64,000 nucleotides of DNA from Octopus sinensis (GCF_006345805.1 NC_043006.1:22320001-22384000), one strand, 5' to 3'; positions 27,568 to 41,060 are shown, counted from the first letter of the stretch. Notes: generated by a model from the sequence alone, not told the origin. Translations and numbers: made by a program.

Positions 27568-28306
27568 CACACACACACATATATCATCATCATCATCATC
27601 GTTTAGCATCCGCTTTCCATGCTGGCATGGGCTGGACGGTGCAACTGGGGTCTGGGAAGCCAGAAGGCTTCACCAGGCCCAGTCTGATCTGGCAATGTTT
27701 CTACGGCTGGATGCCCTTCCTAACGCCAACCACTCCATGAGTGTAGTGGGTGCTTTTTACATGCCAGATGAGGCTGGCAAACGGCCACAATCGGATGGTG
27801 CTTTTTATGTGCAACCGGCACGGAGGCCAGGCAAGGCTGGCAACGCCTATGATCGGATGGTGCTTTTTACGTGCCACTGGCACATATATATAAAGGGAAA
27901 GAAAGAGAGAGAGCAAGGTGGAGATGAAGGAATGAGTAATGAACTTAATATTCTTTCATTACCACTACAGCTCTTGTGACAATTATTATTATATCACTAA
28001 CACTACCTACACCAACAACACCATTACCACCATAACTACAGGCCCAAGGAATTAATTTTTCCAAATCCCTACAGACACCACATCTATGTTTACTACTGCA
28101 ACAACTGTTCACAGACACTACAGCCATGACAAACCCCTAACCTTAGACTCAGTCATGGCTGTGTGGTAAGAGACTTGCTTCTCAACCACATGGTTCCAGG
28201 TTCAGTCCCACTGCATGACAACTTGGGCAAGTGTCTTCTACTATAGCCTCGGGTTGACCAAAGCCTAGTTAGTGGATATAGTAAATGGAAACTGAAAGAA
28301 GTCCAT

Positions 28307-28346
<40 letters not shown>

Positions 28347-28348
<2 letters not shown>

Positions 28349-28745
28349 CGCAGGAGTGGCTGTATGGTAAGTAGCTTGCTAACCAACCATATGGTTCCGG
28401 GTTCAGTCCCACAGCGTGGCATCTTGGACAAGTGTCTTCTGCTATAGCCCCGGGCTGACCAATGCCTTGTGAGTGGATTTGGTAGACGGAAACTGAAAGA
28501 AGCCTGTCGTATATATGTATATATATGTATATGTGTGTGTTTGTGTGTCTGTGTTTGTCCCCCTAGCATTGCTTGACAACCGATGCTGGTGTGTTTACGT
28601 CCCCGTTACTTAGCGGTTTGGCAAAAGAGACCGATAGAATAAGTACTGGGCTTACAAAGAATAAGTCCCAGGGTCGATTTGCTCGACTAAGGGCGGTGCT
28701 CCAGCATGGCCGCAGTCAAATGACTGAAACAAGTAAAAGAGAGAA
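28347..28745 (+). mobile_element. SINE family A, near full length
   Basis: ggcgcaggagtggctgtatggtaag (A box), gggttcagtcccac (B box), ttggacaagtgtcttct central domain, TA/TG microsatellite, gtaaaaga tail. Further copies at 49270-49620, 49768-50155, 50560-50942, 55245-55632 and 59940-60340. Confidence 0.9.
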
Positions 28746-29479
28746 AGAGTATATATATGTATGTATATGTGTGTGTGTGTCTTTGTGTCTGTGTTTGTCC
28801 CACCCCCACCACCGCCACTTGACAACCAATGTTGGTGTGTTTACGTTCCCATAACTTAGCGGTTTGTCAAAAAGAAACCAATAGAATAAGTACCAGTTTT
28901 TAAAAAAAATTAAGTACTGAGGTTGATTCATTCGAATAAAAAGTTCTTCAAGGCTGTGCCCCAGCATGGCCACAGTCTAATGACTGAAACAGATAAAATA
29001 GCATAACCACTATACCACTTCCACCACTACACCGCTTCCACCATTACACTGCTTCCACCACTGCACCACTATCAAAACCACCACCACCACCACCATCATC
29101 ACCACCACCACCACTGCTACTACTGTCTCTAAAATAACTACCAAAATTACTGGCGCCTCTACTTTTATCACCCACCACTACTACTATGTCTAAACTGTAA
29201 TATCGCTGCTTCTACTAGCACGCCATTAAAAAAGCATGAATTTTTTTTTTCTAATTTTGGCACAAAATTTGCAATTTTGATGGGAGATGGGGTTAGTCAG
29301 TTACCTCAACCCCAGTGTACAACTGGTATTTTATTCTGCCGATTTCTAAAAGAGGAAAAGCAAAGTTGACCTTGGCAGCATTTGAACTCAGAACATAAAG
29401 AACTAGAAGAAATGTGGCTGAGCATTTTGTCCACTACAGTAATGGCCACAATGAGCCCCACCATTACATCCGTTATTAC

Positions 29480-30250
29480 CATAACACTATAACCTATACA
29501 CACAGCTCTGTATTACCAGAACACTATAACCTATACACATAGCTCTGTATCACTATAACACTACAACCTATACACATAGCTCTGTATCACTATAACAACT
29601 ATAACCTATACACACAGCTCGGTATCACTATAATGCTATAACCTATACAGCTCTGCATCACCAGAACACTACAACCTATACACACAGCTCTGTATTACCA
29701 GAACACTATAACCTATACACATAGCTCTGTATCACTATAACACTATAACCTATACACATAGCTCTGTATCACCATAACGCTATAACCTATACACATAGCT
29801 CTGTATCACCATAACGCTATAACCTATACACACAGCTCTGTATCACCAGAACACTATAACCTATACACATAGCTCTGTATCACTATAACACTATAACCTA
29901 TACACATAGCTCTGTATCACTATAACACTATAACCTATACACATAGCTCTGTATCACCATAACGCTATAACCTATACACACAGCTCTGCATCACCAGAAC
30001 ACTATAACCTATACACACAGCTCTGTTTCACTATAACACTATAACCTATACACACAGCTCTGTATCACCATAACGCTATAACCTATACACACAGCTCTGT
30101 ATCACCAGAACACTATAACCTATACACATAGCTCTGCATCACCAGAACACTATAACCTATACACACAGCTCTGTTTCACTATAACACTATAACCTATACA
30201 GCTCTGTTTCACCATAACACTATAACCTATACACACAGCTCTATATCATC
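29480..30250. repeat. 37-bp minisatellite, ~20 copies (tataacactataacctatacacatagctctgtatcac)
   Basis: Period of 37 measured at 29881 versus 29918; variants at several positions. Confidence 0.95.
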
Positions 30251-30689
30251 ATATCTATACCGTCACAACATTCACTACCAATACAACAGCTACCATCGAC
30301 ACATCCACCACTACAACCACCACCACTACCACCACCACCACCACCACCACTACCACCAGCACTACCATCAGCACCACCAGCACCAACACCACCATTCTGC
30401 TACAACCTATACACACAACTCTGTAACCATATCTATACCCTTACTTCATTTACCATCATCACTTCGTCCGCTGTGGCTACTACGGCTAACACCATCACTG
30501 CTACAGCCCATACTCACAGCTGTGTACCACAACAAAAACATTGTCTTCCAGTCACTAAGTTATTTGGTAGACAGGCTGGTTCTCATCTCTATTGCCAAGG
30601 AGTTTCTGATTTGACTCATTGATTTATTGATCTCTGCTGTGTTCTATATAAATCTATGCTGCAAATTGATTCATGTCACTCGGACTATA

Positions 30690-30814
30690 CCGCCTCTCAT
30701 ACACATACATAAACATCTAAATACACACATACATACATTCACATACATACATTCATATACATTTACAAACATACATACACACATACATACATTCACATAC
30801 ATACATTCATACAC

Positions 30815-30847
<33 letters not shown>

Positions 30848-30888
30848 CATACATACATACATACATTCACATACATACATTCATACAC

Positions 30889-30921
<33 letters not shown>

Positions 30922-31025
30922 CATACATACATACATACATACATACATACATACATACATACATACATACATACTTACATATATACATACATACAGATAT
31001 ATGTATGTATGTATGTATGTATATA
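30690..31025. repeat. (CATA)n microsatellite
   Basis: Directly visible. Confidence 0.95.
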
Positions 31026-31528
31026 TAAGCATTGAACTGTGAGCAATGCATAGACATAACTTTTTATTAACTTTATATAGGTCATTCAAATTGTAAATTC
31101 TGATAAAGTCTTCCACTTTTCTATGGTAATTCTACTTTTTTGTTCTTCTTCGTCGTTACAAGCAAATAATGGGTTCCAAAGAGAAGCAATGAGCCATAAC
31201 TGATTTCTTGATGAAGGAGAGATGCAGGCAGTCTGACATCGATCAAAGTCTGCCAGTTGTTTACAGAGACGACATCATTGACAAAAGCAATCTGCATGGA
31301 TAGATGGAGATGTTTAAAGAAAGGCAAAAGAGCACAGAGGACAAATCGTACAGTGGGAAACCATCAACTGCAAAAACTGACATGAATCGCCACTGAATGG
31401 ACGAGCTGGTTGACAGAGACAGATCAGTTATGATCCATGAGCTTGTTGTACAACTGGACTGTGGTCATAATGTAATACAGAAGAAGTGGAAGATTTTAAA
31501 TTAGAAAGTGTGTGATGTAGGTACCTCA

Positions 31529-31757
31529 CGGCAAGCTGGCAGAAACGTTAGCACGCCGGGCGAAATGCGTAGCCGTATTTCATCTGCCGTTACGTTCTGA
31601 GTTCAAATTCCGCCAAGGTTGACTTTGCCTTTCATCCTTTCGGGGTTGATGAATTAAGTACCAGTTACGCACAGGGGTTGATGTAATCGACTTAATCCAT
31701 TTGTCTGTCCTTGTTTGTCCCCTCTATGTTTAGCCCCTTGTGGGTAGTAAAGAAATA
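31529..31757 (+). mobile_element. SINE family B with 15-bp TSD
   Basis: TSD gatgtaggtacctca at 31514-31528 and 31758-31772. Confidence 0.92.
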
Positions 31758-32126
31758 GATGTAGGTACCTCATCTATCGACACCCAATTTGAAGGAAAGA
31801 ACAGTGGAAGTCTGCTCTGATCTTCTAGAAGTATTTGAAGCCAATGAAGGTGACAAGGAATGAAACATGGCCATGTCTTTATGATCCAGGAATGAAGACT
31901 CAGTCCTCTGAGTGATGTTCCACCACTTCTCCAAGGTGTAAGAAGTTCAAGAACCAGTGATCAGTACAGAAAGTCATAGTGACTGTTTTGGTGGAAGACA
32001 AAGGCATCGACTCTTTGATTTTCTGGAATGTGGCTGCATTAGGAACAGTGAGCAGTACAAAAAGAGAAGCCATTAGTCAATAGAGATCAAAGAAGAATGT
32101 GAAAACGGGGCAATGTGTGACCACAT

Positions 32127-32336
32127 GTAGGGCAGCAAGCTGGCAGAGTCATTAGCACATTGGGCAAAATGTTTAGCAACATTCCATCCATCTCCACACT
32201 CTGAGCTCAAATTCCACTGAGGTCGACTTTGCTTTTTATCCCTTCGGAGTCGATAAGTACCAGTTGAATACTAGGGTCAATGTAACAGATGAAACCCCTC
32301 CTTTGAAATTGCTGGCCTTGTGCCAAAATTTGAAAC
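32127..32336 (+). mobile_element. SINE family B variant with 16-bp TSD
   Basis: TSD caatgtgtgaccacat at 32111-32126 and 32337-32352. Confidence 0.9.
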
Positions 32337-33585
32337 CAATGTGTGACCACATTCGGTTTTTGGCAAGAATTCAAGCATTTGGCAAACTGGGATGGTCAGT
32401 AGTCCCCCATTCTCCATTCAACTAGTATCTGGTGTTATCTGACATCTATCTGATGTAAAGAACAGTCTTTGGTAACAACGATTTGATGACACAGATGAAG
32501 TAAAAGTGGCTTTGAAAAGGTGGGTACAACAGTGCACATCTGAAATTTTACAAAGAGGTTTTGAGAGTTGGGTTCAACGATGGCACAAATGAATAATTTG
32601 GAAGTTATATTGAGTAATAACTTTGTATGGAGGAAGAGTTACTCTACAAATATGTGCAATTTCAATGACTTAAGTCATTAATAAAAAAGTTATACCTACT
32701 TAAAAGCTGCTTTCAGCACAGAGATTGTGTGTGTGTATGTGTTCATGTGTGTGCCTGTGTGTGAGTGTGTGCCTGTGTGTGTGTATGTGCATGTGTGTGG
32801 GTTTCTCTCTCTCTCTCTCTGTATGAATGTTCCAAGCAAGGTAATATTTTTCCATAGTCCAGACATGTTTTCACAGATTACAAACAAACAGCAATGCTTG
32901 TATAACAGTGAAGCTTGTTTACAATTAGCATGCAATATCAAGACAAGGGGGCACACACAAGGACACACACACACACATACACAATAATGACCATAGGATT
33001 GCACCTAGAAAGTTACCCTCCTAGATACAAGTCCGGGCAAGATTGTCCATGGAAGACTAGCAGTCGCCCATGCATACCAGCCTCTCCTCTCCACATCACC
33101 GATGTTATCCAAAGGAAAGGTAAAGGCTGACACAGTTTGGCACTAGAGACATCACAACTCATTTCTACAGCTGAGTGAAGCAACATAAAATAAAGTGTCT
33201 TGCTCAAGAAGACAACACACAGCCCAGTCCAGGAATTGAACTCACTACCTCATGATTATGAGCCTGATGCTCTAACCACTGAGCCATGCACCAAACTGGC
33301 CAAAGATCTTGCTCAGTGGTTCCTCAGTATCTATATCATCAGTAAATATCACCCATCTTCTAATATGGTCTTTCTATATTTTTTTGTAGAGAACTTAGAG
33401 TGACCAGAGCATGAGGTTATCAATGGTCATCAAGCAGTGTTGAGACAAAAACAATGACTTAGTTCAAGAACAGACTTGATGGCTTTTAGAAAACATATTT
33501 CAAGTATACAAAGATGAAAAAGGAATGTGATATCTGACGCCTTGCTGTACTCAAGAAGACCCGTCCTCCACAGTAGATGTGTTAA

Positions 33586-33806
33586 CCCTTTCGTTACCAG
33601 CCTGGCTGAAACCGGATCTGGCTCTGAATACAAATGTCTTGTTATCATAAGTTTTGAATTAAAATCTTCCGCCAAACCTTAATCACAATTTATGTTCCTA
33701 ACACTAGCTTAATTGATAACTAAGTTATTTTACTAAATTCTTTGTTATATTTAAAGTAATTGAAAGAAATACAGAGCATCTCAAAATAAATACAGTAATA
33801 AAAGGG
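33586..33806. mobile_element. piggyBac-type MITE
   Basis: TTAA-CCCTTTCGTTAC ... GTAATAAAAGGG-TTAA; partial copy at 53280-53395. Confidence 0.9.
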
Positions 33807-34299
33807 TTAATACCACTCCCCCTGACGAAGTGGACTGATCTGCATGAGCCCTGTGCTGTGGCCACACAAAAGGCGCTCATGCCAGTGTCATATAAAAGTG
33901 CTCATGGTGGTGTCATCTTAAATCGCCCAGCTCAGACTGTAAAGTGGTTGGGCATTAGGAAGGGCATCCAGCCAAAGGCACCAAACCAAATCAGACTAGA
34001 TGGCACATGGTGCAGCTCTCCTGCTTGCCAGTTCTGGTCAAACAGTCCAACCCATGCCAGCATGAAAAACGGACGTTTAAGGATGACAGTGATGATGATG
34101 ATGATTATGAAAGAGAGGTGTGTTACAAATATGTTGGCTGGTAACATAAAGTAATGGATAATCAATCAAGGACTTAGAAGTTCATATCTATGCAGTGTCT
34201 GTGGCCAATATGCTTGGCATCTAATACGCCAATTCACCAGGCTACTACAGATTAAAAAGTTTGACAGCCGAAAGTATCGATAACATTATAAAACTGATT

Positions 34300-35150
34300 A
34301 CCATTTCATAAGCTCATGGTCCAAAGGGACCTGCTTAGGATTTCCCCTGGGAGCAACTAACTGTTATGGATGGAGCAACTAACTTAGCAAGGAGATTTTT
34401 TTTTTGTACAAAACATGGTCGAAGGTTTTGCTGATTTCAAGTCTAGGAAAATTGCTTTTGCCATAGGTTAGTGAAAGACAAAGGTGTGTGACAAATGATA
34501 CATACATTTGTAGATTTAAGGAAGCAAAAAAAAACTTATGGTGAGGAAGGAAGTGCATTTTTATGATTGTGAATAGAATACATTGTTGAATGATTCTATA
34601 GATTGAGGTAGAGATATGCATAGTGAGAAATATGAAGGGTTTACCAAGTATAGGAGAAACTTAGCTGATGTAGATACTTGGAGAGAGAGAAAGAGGGGGG
34701 AGAGTGGACTGATGGAAAGCTTACTGTGTATAAGGACTACTTAAGAAAATTGCTTTTTAAGAATAATAGAAGGGGTCAGTTACAAATGGTGTTTTTGTTG
34801 TTGGGTAGAAGTGACCAGAAATATTTTCACACCTATTGATGGTATGTGCAGCACAGTAGGACAAGTTGGCCTGAAATGCTGCATGTTATAAATGTTTTAT
34901 TGTATGTGAGATGCAGAACAGAACTCGAAGCAAAGAACACAACAAATGTGGTAATTTCATCTGCTTGCATAACAAACTTGTTTGAAGAATAGTGGGGTGT
35001 GTAAGATGACTCCCTAAAATTAACAGTTAGCATTCATGAACAGATCAAAAAGGCTGGTAGTAAACTGAAAATGAAGAGAGCTGTTAGGGTGATGGGATAT
35101 ACGAAGGCATCTTTTACTTTACTGATAATGGAGGGATGCTTCTCAGATGG
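34300..35150 (-). pseudogene. Highly decayed LINE reverse transcriptase fragment
   Basis: LEISKTFDHVLYK resembles RT LDISKAFDRVWH; the rest is heavily disrupted. Confidence 0.6.
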
Positions 35151-35185
35151 TAAGGAATGATAATTTTTCTCTGTAGTGGTGGAAC

Positions 35186-35566
35186 TGTAGTGGCACAAGC
35201 AGTCAGAGCCATATTGGATGAGATCTCACGGCAGGAGATTGGAACGAGGCCTCACCTGCATCCATTTAGCATGTGTGAGATCATGACGAGGCTCGTGATG
35301 GCAAACTGTATATAAGGGCAAACAGAAACAGATTCAGTCTTTTTCTTTCCTTGTTGATCGCACTCTATTGGCTGGGCCTGTCTGTACTTTGTATTTCCAG
35401 AGGCAATGCACCCGCACTAATGGAGCTACTACACAATGCACACAGCTAAAGATGGTTGCTGAGGGCAGCACACTTCACCTATCCTGTGAAACCTGTAAAT
35501 AAACCAGTTGTAAATTGCATTTGTACTTGAAGTCTTCTCTCTTCGCCTGCCGGAGCCTGAACTACA
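35186..35566 (+). mobile_element. Probable solo LTR (~380 bp)
   Basis: TGTAGT...ACTACA termini, TATATAA near 35309, AATAAA near 35498; flanks ggaac/cgaag are only a partial TSD. Confidence 0.6.
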
Positions 35567-35959
35567 CGAAGAACAAAAAGAGATAATGGAGGAAGGTGAT
35601 ATTCTCCCGATATCATAAACCTTGCCATCCGTTATAGAACTATTGGTTATGCAAGACCGCTTTGTACTTTTCAGTAATGATTTAGGCTCATAATTAAAGT
35701 ACTTCTATGATTTTACATCAGTGAAATGAACCTACCTATGGTACCTTTTTGCATTTATTTGAACTGATTTAGTGACACTTGGCATGTAATGGACATGGAC
35801 ACAGTACAAAACTGGTGACAGGATGCAGTTCACAGAACCTTCACTTGGTAGCTTGACGCTTATAAGTTTTAGTTTGATGCAGATCTCAGAAGTTAAAGGA
35901 GTCAATAATAACACTGTGACACTCCCGAGAAAAACTTTAGGATTTGAAAATGAAACCTT

Positions 35960-36244
35960 ATTTACATTATTTACATTTGACAGATATTTGTCCTCATCTT
36001 GTTTGTTGTTAACACCACGCTTCGGCTGATATACCCTCCAGCTTTAATCAGGTGTCTTGGGGAAATATTGAACCTGTGTTCTCATTCCTAAGGTATTTTT
36101 CAATGTCATTGTCATCGTCATTATCGCCACCATCGTCATCGCCTTCACCGTCGTCATCGTCATCATTATCATTATTCAGGTCACTGCTTGGAATCGAACT
36201 CGGAATCTTGGGGTTAGTGGCCCACGGTCTTAACCACTACACCA
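35960..36244 (-). mobile_element. tRNA-headed SINE with microsatellite linker and hammerhead-like Penelope-type tail
   Basis: Minus strand: TGGTGTAGTGG A box, GAGTTCGATTCC B box, (AAT/GAC)n, then acac-CTGATTA-aa-gctg-gagggtatat-cagc-cGAAG-cgtg-gtgt at 36055-36012. Confidence 0.65.
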
Positions 36245-37153
36245 ATTTCTGTTTTTCAATTTTGAACACAGGATTCTTACCCTCTTTGGTCATGAATGAC
36301 CATGGGATTGCACCTAGAAACTGGTAACAGGATACAAACCACAGCACCTTCACTGGTAGCTTGCTTAATACCCTATAGTTTCAGCTTGATGTAAATCTCA
36401 GAAGTTAAGGGGGCCATGGAAAAACTTCAGAATTGAACGATTACATTTCTGTTTTTCCATTTTAGACATAGAATTCTTAAAGGTGGTAAGTCAGCAGAGA
36501 CATAAGGATGTTGAACAGAACTCCTCGGGGCATTTGTTCTTACTATTTGTGCTCTGGTTTCAAATCCCACCAAGGTCAATTTTACCTTTTATTCTTTCAG
36601 GGTCAGACAAGAAAATTTGTATCAGCCCCAGTCAGTGGTCTTTCTATTGGATAAACATCAGTGGCATGGAGAAAGGAGAATCGTATGTCTAGGCAACTGC
36701 TAATTTTCCAAAAAAATATCTTGCCCAGACCTGCATATACATGTGTAAATGCATAATCAATTCTGGCTGACCAAGGCCTTATAAACACAAACAATAACAC
36801 TCGAGGATATTATATAATTATATAAAATCTCAGAGCTATTTGGCAGTGAGTTTGGTTAATTTTACTCTGCTGTTAGATTGATTTTTCTACATGGCCAACA
36901 CTAGATATTGGCCTGGCTAGTTACTTGTATGAGAATGGCTAAGTTTGTTTGTCAGATTTACTAATTCTTGATATTTCTATGGTTATTCTTACATGTAAGA
37001 TAGGCTTTTAATCCATCGTCACTCAAAAAGTTAGTTTATTAATTAACTATAACCCTAATTAATCTAGTTTATTGATTTCACCAGTTTTATTCTCCAGTGT
37101 ATGTGTGTGTGTGTACGTTAGTGTATAAATATCTATATATCTATACATACATG

Positions 37154-37197
<44 letters not shown>

Positions 37198-37496
37198 TAT
37201 ATATATATATACTGTGTATATATATATTGTATATAAATAAAAGGGGCAGGCAACAGGTTGCTTGGCCGCATACCGAAAAAATTAGAAATGGCAGCCATAG
37301 ACTGTTTATTTCTATTTTCTACAAATGGACTCCACATACAACATATCCCTGTAATTCACATATGCAAAACAGAAGGAATAAATAACGAAAACAAAGTCTA
37401 ATGGTCATTTGCGAACATGTTTCTAGATTAGAAATATAATTTCATATCTTTCATCAGCGCAACTATATATACACAAGTATATATACACATATATAT

Positions 37497-37700
37497 ATCG
37501 CCATGTTGGATCGTTAGCCCCTACACGTAATTTTTTTCTCTCCTTGTTTCTTTTCTGTGTATCTTTCTGTCGAAGAGCGTAGGCTCGAAATGTAAAAGAC
37601 TTGTTTTATTTCTATTCCTGAGCGCCATACTAATACATTATTTGTTTGTACTCCACCTGCCTTCGTCTTTTGTTTATTTTCGTAAACCTTCCCGTTATAT

Positions 37701-37710
<10 letters not shown>
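37497..37710 (+). mobile_element. Penelope-like non-autonomous element with hammerhead-like motif
   Basis: cttt-CTGTCGA-a-gagc-gtag-gctc-GAAA-tGTA-aaag at 37563-37598; flanked by TA/CA microsatellites. Confidence 0.6.
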
Positions 37711-37771
<61 letters not shown>

Positions 37772-38699
37772 AGAGAGAGAGAGAGGAGGGGAGCCAAAGA
37801 GAAAGAGATGGAGAGTTATAAATGAGAGGCAAAAGCTTATTAGAATAGGTATTTCTTTGTCAAAGAAGTTAATTCGACATGTTTGAAAGGCTCATTTCTT
37901 ATTCATCCTGATACTGATTCAACTTCTAAAATCTAATTAACCTTATGGGCTAATCCAATTTCTAAGAGAAGTGAAAGAAAGAAAGAAAGAAAGAAAGGAA
38001 AAGGAAAGAAAGATCAGAGAGGAGAGAAAGAATAGTGGAGAGAGGCGAGAGAGAGGTGAGATATGCCAAATAGTAAAATTAATTCTACAACCAAGGGAGT
38101 TAATCCTACATGTTAGAAACTTCATACTCTCATTCATGTTAAATATTGCTAATTCGATTCATTAGCAGAAAATTTCACACAATTAAAGTGGTTAATTACA
38201 CAGTGAAAGACATTAAAACTATGCTTAATGAATTATTAATTAGTTAATCATATTATTCCATGTCCCTAAGTATGTAATCTTAATTTGATTCATCACTGTT
38301 TGACTAGTAAAATGTAAAGACTGTCTTAAGTCATGACTGACCATGGGATTGCATCTGGAAAGTTACCCTCTGAGGCACGAGTCAGGGCAAGGTTGTTTAT
38401 GGAAGACCAGCAGTCGCTCGTCTTTATGGAAGGCCAGCAGTCTCTCCTTTCCATGCCACAAGGGAAAGGGACAGGCTGACACAGTATGGCACCTGTGACA
38501 TCATAACTCATTTCTACAGCTGAGTGAACTGGAACAACATGAAATAAAGTGTCTTGCTCAAGAACACAACACAGCCCAGTCTGGGAATCGAACTCACCAC
38601 TTTATGATTGTGAGCCCAATGCTCTAACCACTGAGCCATGAGCCTTCGTGGTTTGACAAGCATGTTGAAAGGAGCTCTCTTAACTTGCTGGGTCTGGAA

Positions 38700-40300
38700 G
38701 AAGAGTCAGTGCCCATGGTCTTCACAGGCACTTCTAGACTGCGGCACCTGTATGAGAGACATTATTAAAGACAGAATTCCAGATGGCTGGCATTCTGGAA
38801 GAAAAATGTGATTAGTGTAGGTTAGGGTTAAGGTGGGTTGGACATGACTAGAGTGATGAAAGGAGGGGAGATGAATGAGTTGAGAATGCCTGAATAGAGG
38901 TGGCATGAGTCCTGTTAGGTCCCAGGAGCAAGGGCCATTATAGTAGTGGTAGAAAAGGCAGAGAGAAGCAGCAGTACACTTGTGGAAACCAGAGAGCAAC
39001 CATGAATGACTTTATACCTATTATTTGGGCGGCGAACTGGCAGAAACGTTAGCATGCCGGGCGAAATGCGTAGCCGTATTTCATCTGCCGTTACGTTCTG
39101 GGTTCAAATTCCGCCGAGGTCGACTTTGCCTTTCATCCTTTCGGGGTCGATAAATTAAGTACCAGTTACGCACTGGGGTTGATGTAATCGACTTAATCCG
39201 TTTGTCCCCTCTGTGTTTAGCCTCTTGTGGGTAGTCATCATCATCATCATCATCATTTAGCGTCTGCTTTCCATGCTAGCATGGGCTGGACGGTTCAACT
39301 GGGGTTTGTGAAGCCAGAAGGCTGCATCAGGCCCAGTCTGATCTGGCAGTGTTTCTACGGCTGGATACCCTTCCTAACGCCAACCACTCCGTGAGTGTAG
39401 TGGGTGCTTTTTACGTGCCACCCGCACAGGTGCCAGACAGAGCTGGCAAATGGCCACGGACAGATGGTGCTGTTTACGTGCCACCGGCATGGGGCCAAGC
39501 GAGGCTGGTAACGGCCACGAACGGATGGTGCTTTTTACGTGCCACCGAAACGAGGCCAGTCGGGGCGGCGCTGGCAACGGTCATGAACGGATGGTGGTGC
39601 CAGACGAGTCTGAAAGAAATATATTTGGATAACCCTTTTCAGGATGTGATCCAGGATTTTTGTGCATGTATCAACAGTACTGTCCCATATGTGAGTGCAA
39701 TACTCCATTGAGGTCCTCATCTGAGATTTGTAAAGTGTCAATAAGGGAGCTGAAATATCTAGGGCTAGTTGTTGGGGGTATGATCCCAGTTATGTTAAAG
39801 ATGTGCTTTCTCCAGAGAAAAGTGTAAAAGTGATCGTTGCTAGATGTGGAGGTAAATAAAATTATTTTATGTATCAAAGGAAGAGAGCGGAAGATGAAAC
39901 TAAACTCTTGGACACATCAGACTTGATAGAAAGAAAAACAGAGAGAGCTCTGTAAAAAGAATTGGTGATTATGTGACCTGATAAGAAGCTGCTGAATCAA
40001 AAGACGAGACAGTTGGCATCCATAGATAGGCACTTTTGAGAGGAGATTCACATGCTAAACATGTTCAATGGCTTTCCTACTGTTGAAGGTGGATCATTAC
40101 TTTCACCAAGTTCCTCCAAGAATTCATTGGTGGGTCTCAGAAGAGAGCAGGTCACTGATGAATATAGCTTTGTAGAAACCAAACTAGTGGTTATTAGAGG
40201 TGAAGATGCAAGGTATTGGAAAATGTCTTTGTTAAAGCTTGTTTCCTTTATCATAGAGGTATGCTTTCTTAATAAGGTGGGAATAAAATTCAAACATACC
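38700..40300 (-). pseudogene. Decayed LINE RT region split by SINE B (39028-39233) and an RTE 3'UTR (39235-39600)
   Basis: TLYKSQMRTSMEYCTHIW and PRYFS resemble LINE LYK.Q.RP.MEYC.HIW; LLSK.P.YG upstream. Confidence 0.7.
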
Positions 40301-40519
40301 TGGAGTTATCTCCCATGACTGTTGCCAGAAAAATAATAATTTTAGTCATTGAGCAATGCTGTCTTTTTTCTTCAGATTACTATATAGATATTTAATGTTC
40401 CCTGCATTAAGTATCCATCCATCTATCTTCTCCACCTACTATTTCTGGAAGTCTCATGGGAGCAGAGTCTTCAAGCTCTCACTCAATAGGGCCCTATCGA
40501 AAGCAACCGTCATTACATT

Positions 40520-40740
40520 TTCCAGCTGGACTTCAAAGTATGACCAACTGATATTATGAACATTATCCAACGTGGTCTACCCCTAGATTTCCTGCTGATT
40601 GGCTTGGCTTGAAGTATCCATCTTGTGATTCTTTCCTGTAACATCCTAATCACATGTCTGTAATACCAGTGCTGTGATCTTTCAATACAGAGGAGTAGTG
40701 GCTCCACCTGGAGAGACTCCCTGTTCTCTGAGTTACACAA
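40520..40740 (-). pseudogene. LINE (RTE/Rex-like) C-terminal fragment
   Basis: IERSQHWYYRHVIRMLQERITRWILQAKPISRKSRGRPR. Confidence 0.7.
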
Positions 40741-40781
40741 CCCTGTTGAGTAACGTTACTCCAGAGATCAGCACTATTTAA

Positions 40782-40959
40782 CCCTCTTAGGATATTCCAT
40801 CAAATGTAACACTATTTATTCACATTGTTTTGAATTTATCCTGCATAATCTTGTAGCCTTGGGATTTCGATAAGATGACTACATTTTTTAGACTAACACT
40901 GTATGGGAGATTTGAGAGGTTGGATCTGGCCAGATATGGCCAGTTCAAATGCTAAAGGG
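40782..40959. mobile_element. piggyBac-type MITE, second family
   Basis: TTAA-CCCTCTTAG ... AATGCTAAAGGG-tttaa; inverted partial copy at ~44130-44277. Confidence 0.7.
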
Positions 40960-41013
40960 TTTAACTAAGCCTATATGTCATAACTTTTCACTAAAATAAC
41001 ACTGTGTAACAAA

Positions 41014-41060
<47 letters not shown>

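Larger units (their letters stand above)
31150..32620 (+). pseudogene. Decayed near-full-length mariner transposase, interrupted by two SINEs
   Basis: Remnants of the HTH region (FK...S.ED....G.PST), WVP, ETW..YDP, HDNARPH-like caatgtgtgaccacat, PHSP....SD and RW.K; many stops and frameshifts. Confidence 0.8.

Noticed and set aside
29480-30250. CRISPR-like array
   Set aside because: Units are contiguous with no unique spacers, there are no cas genes, and the context is eukaryotic.
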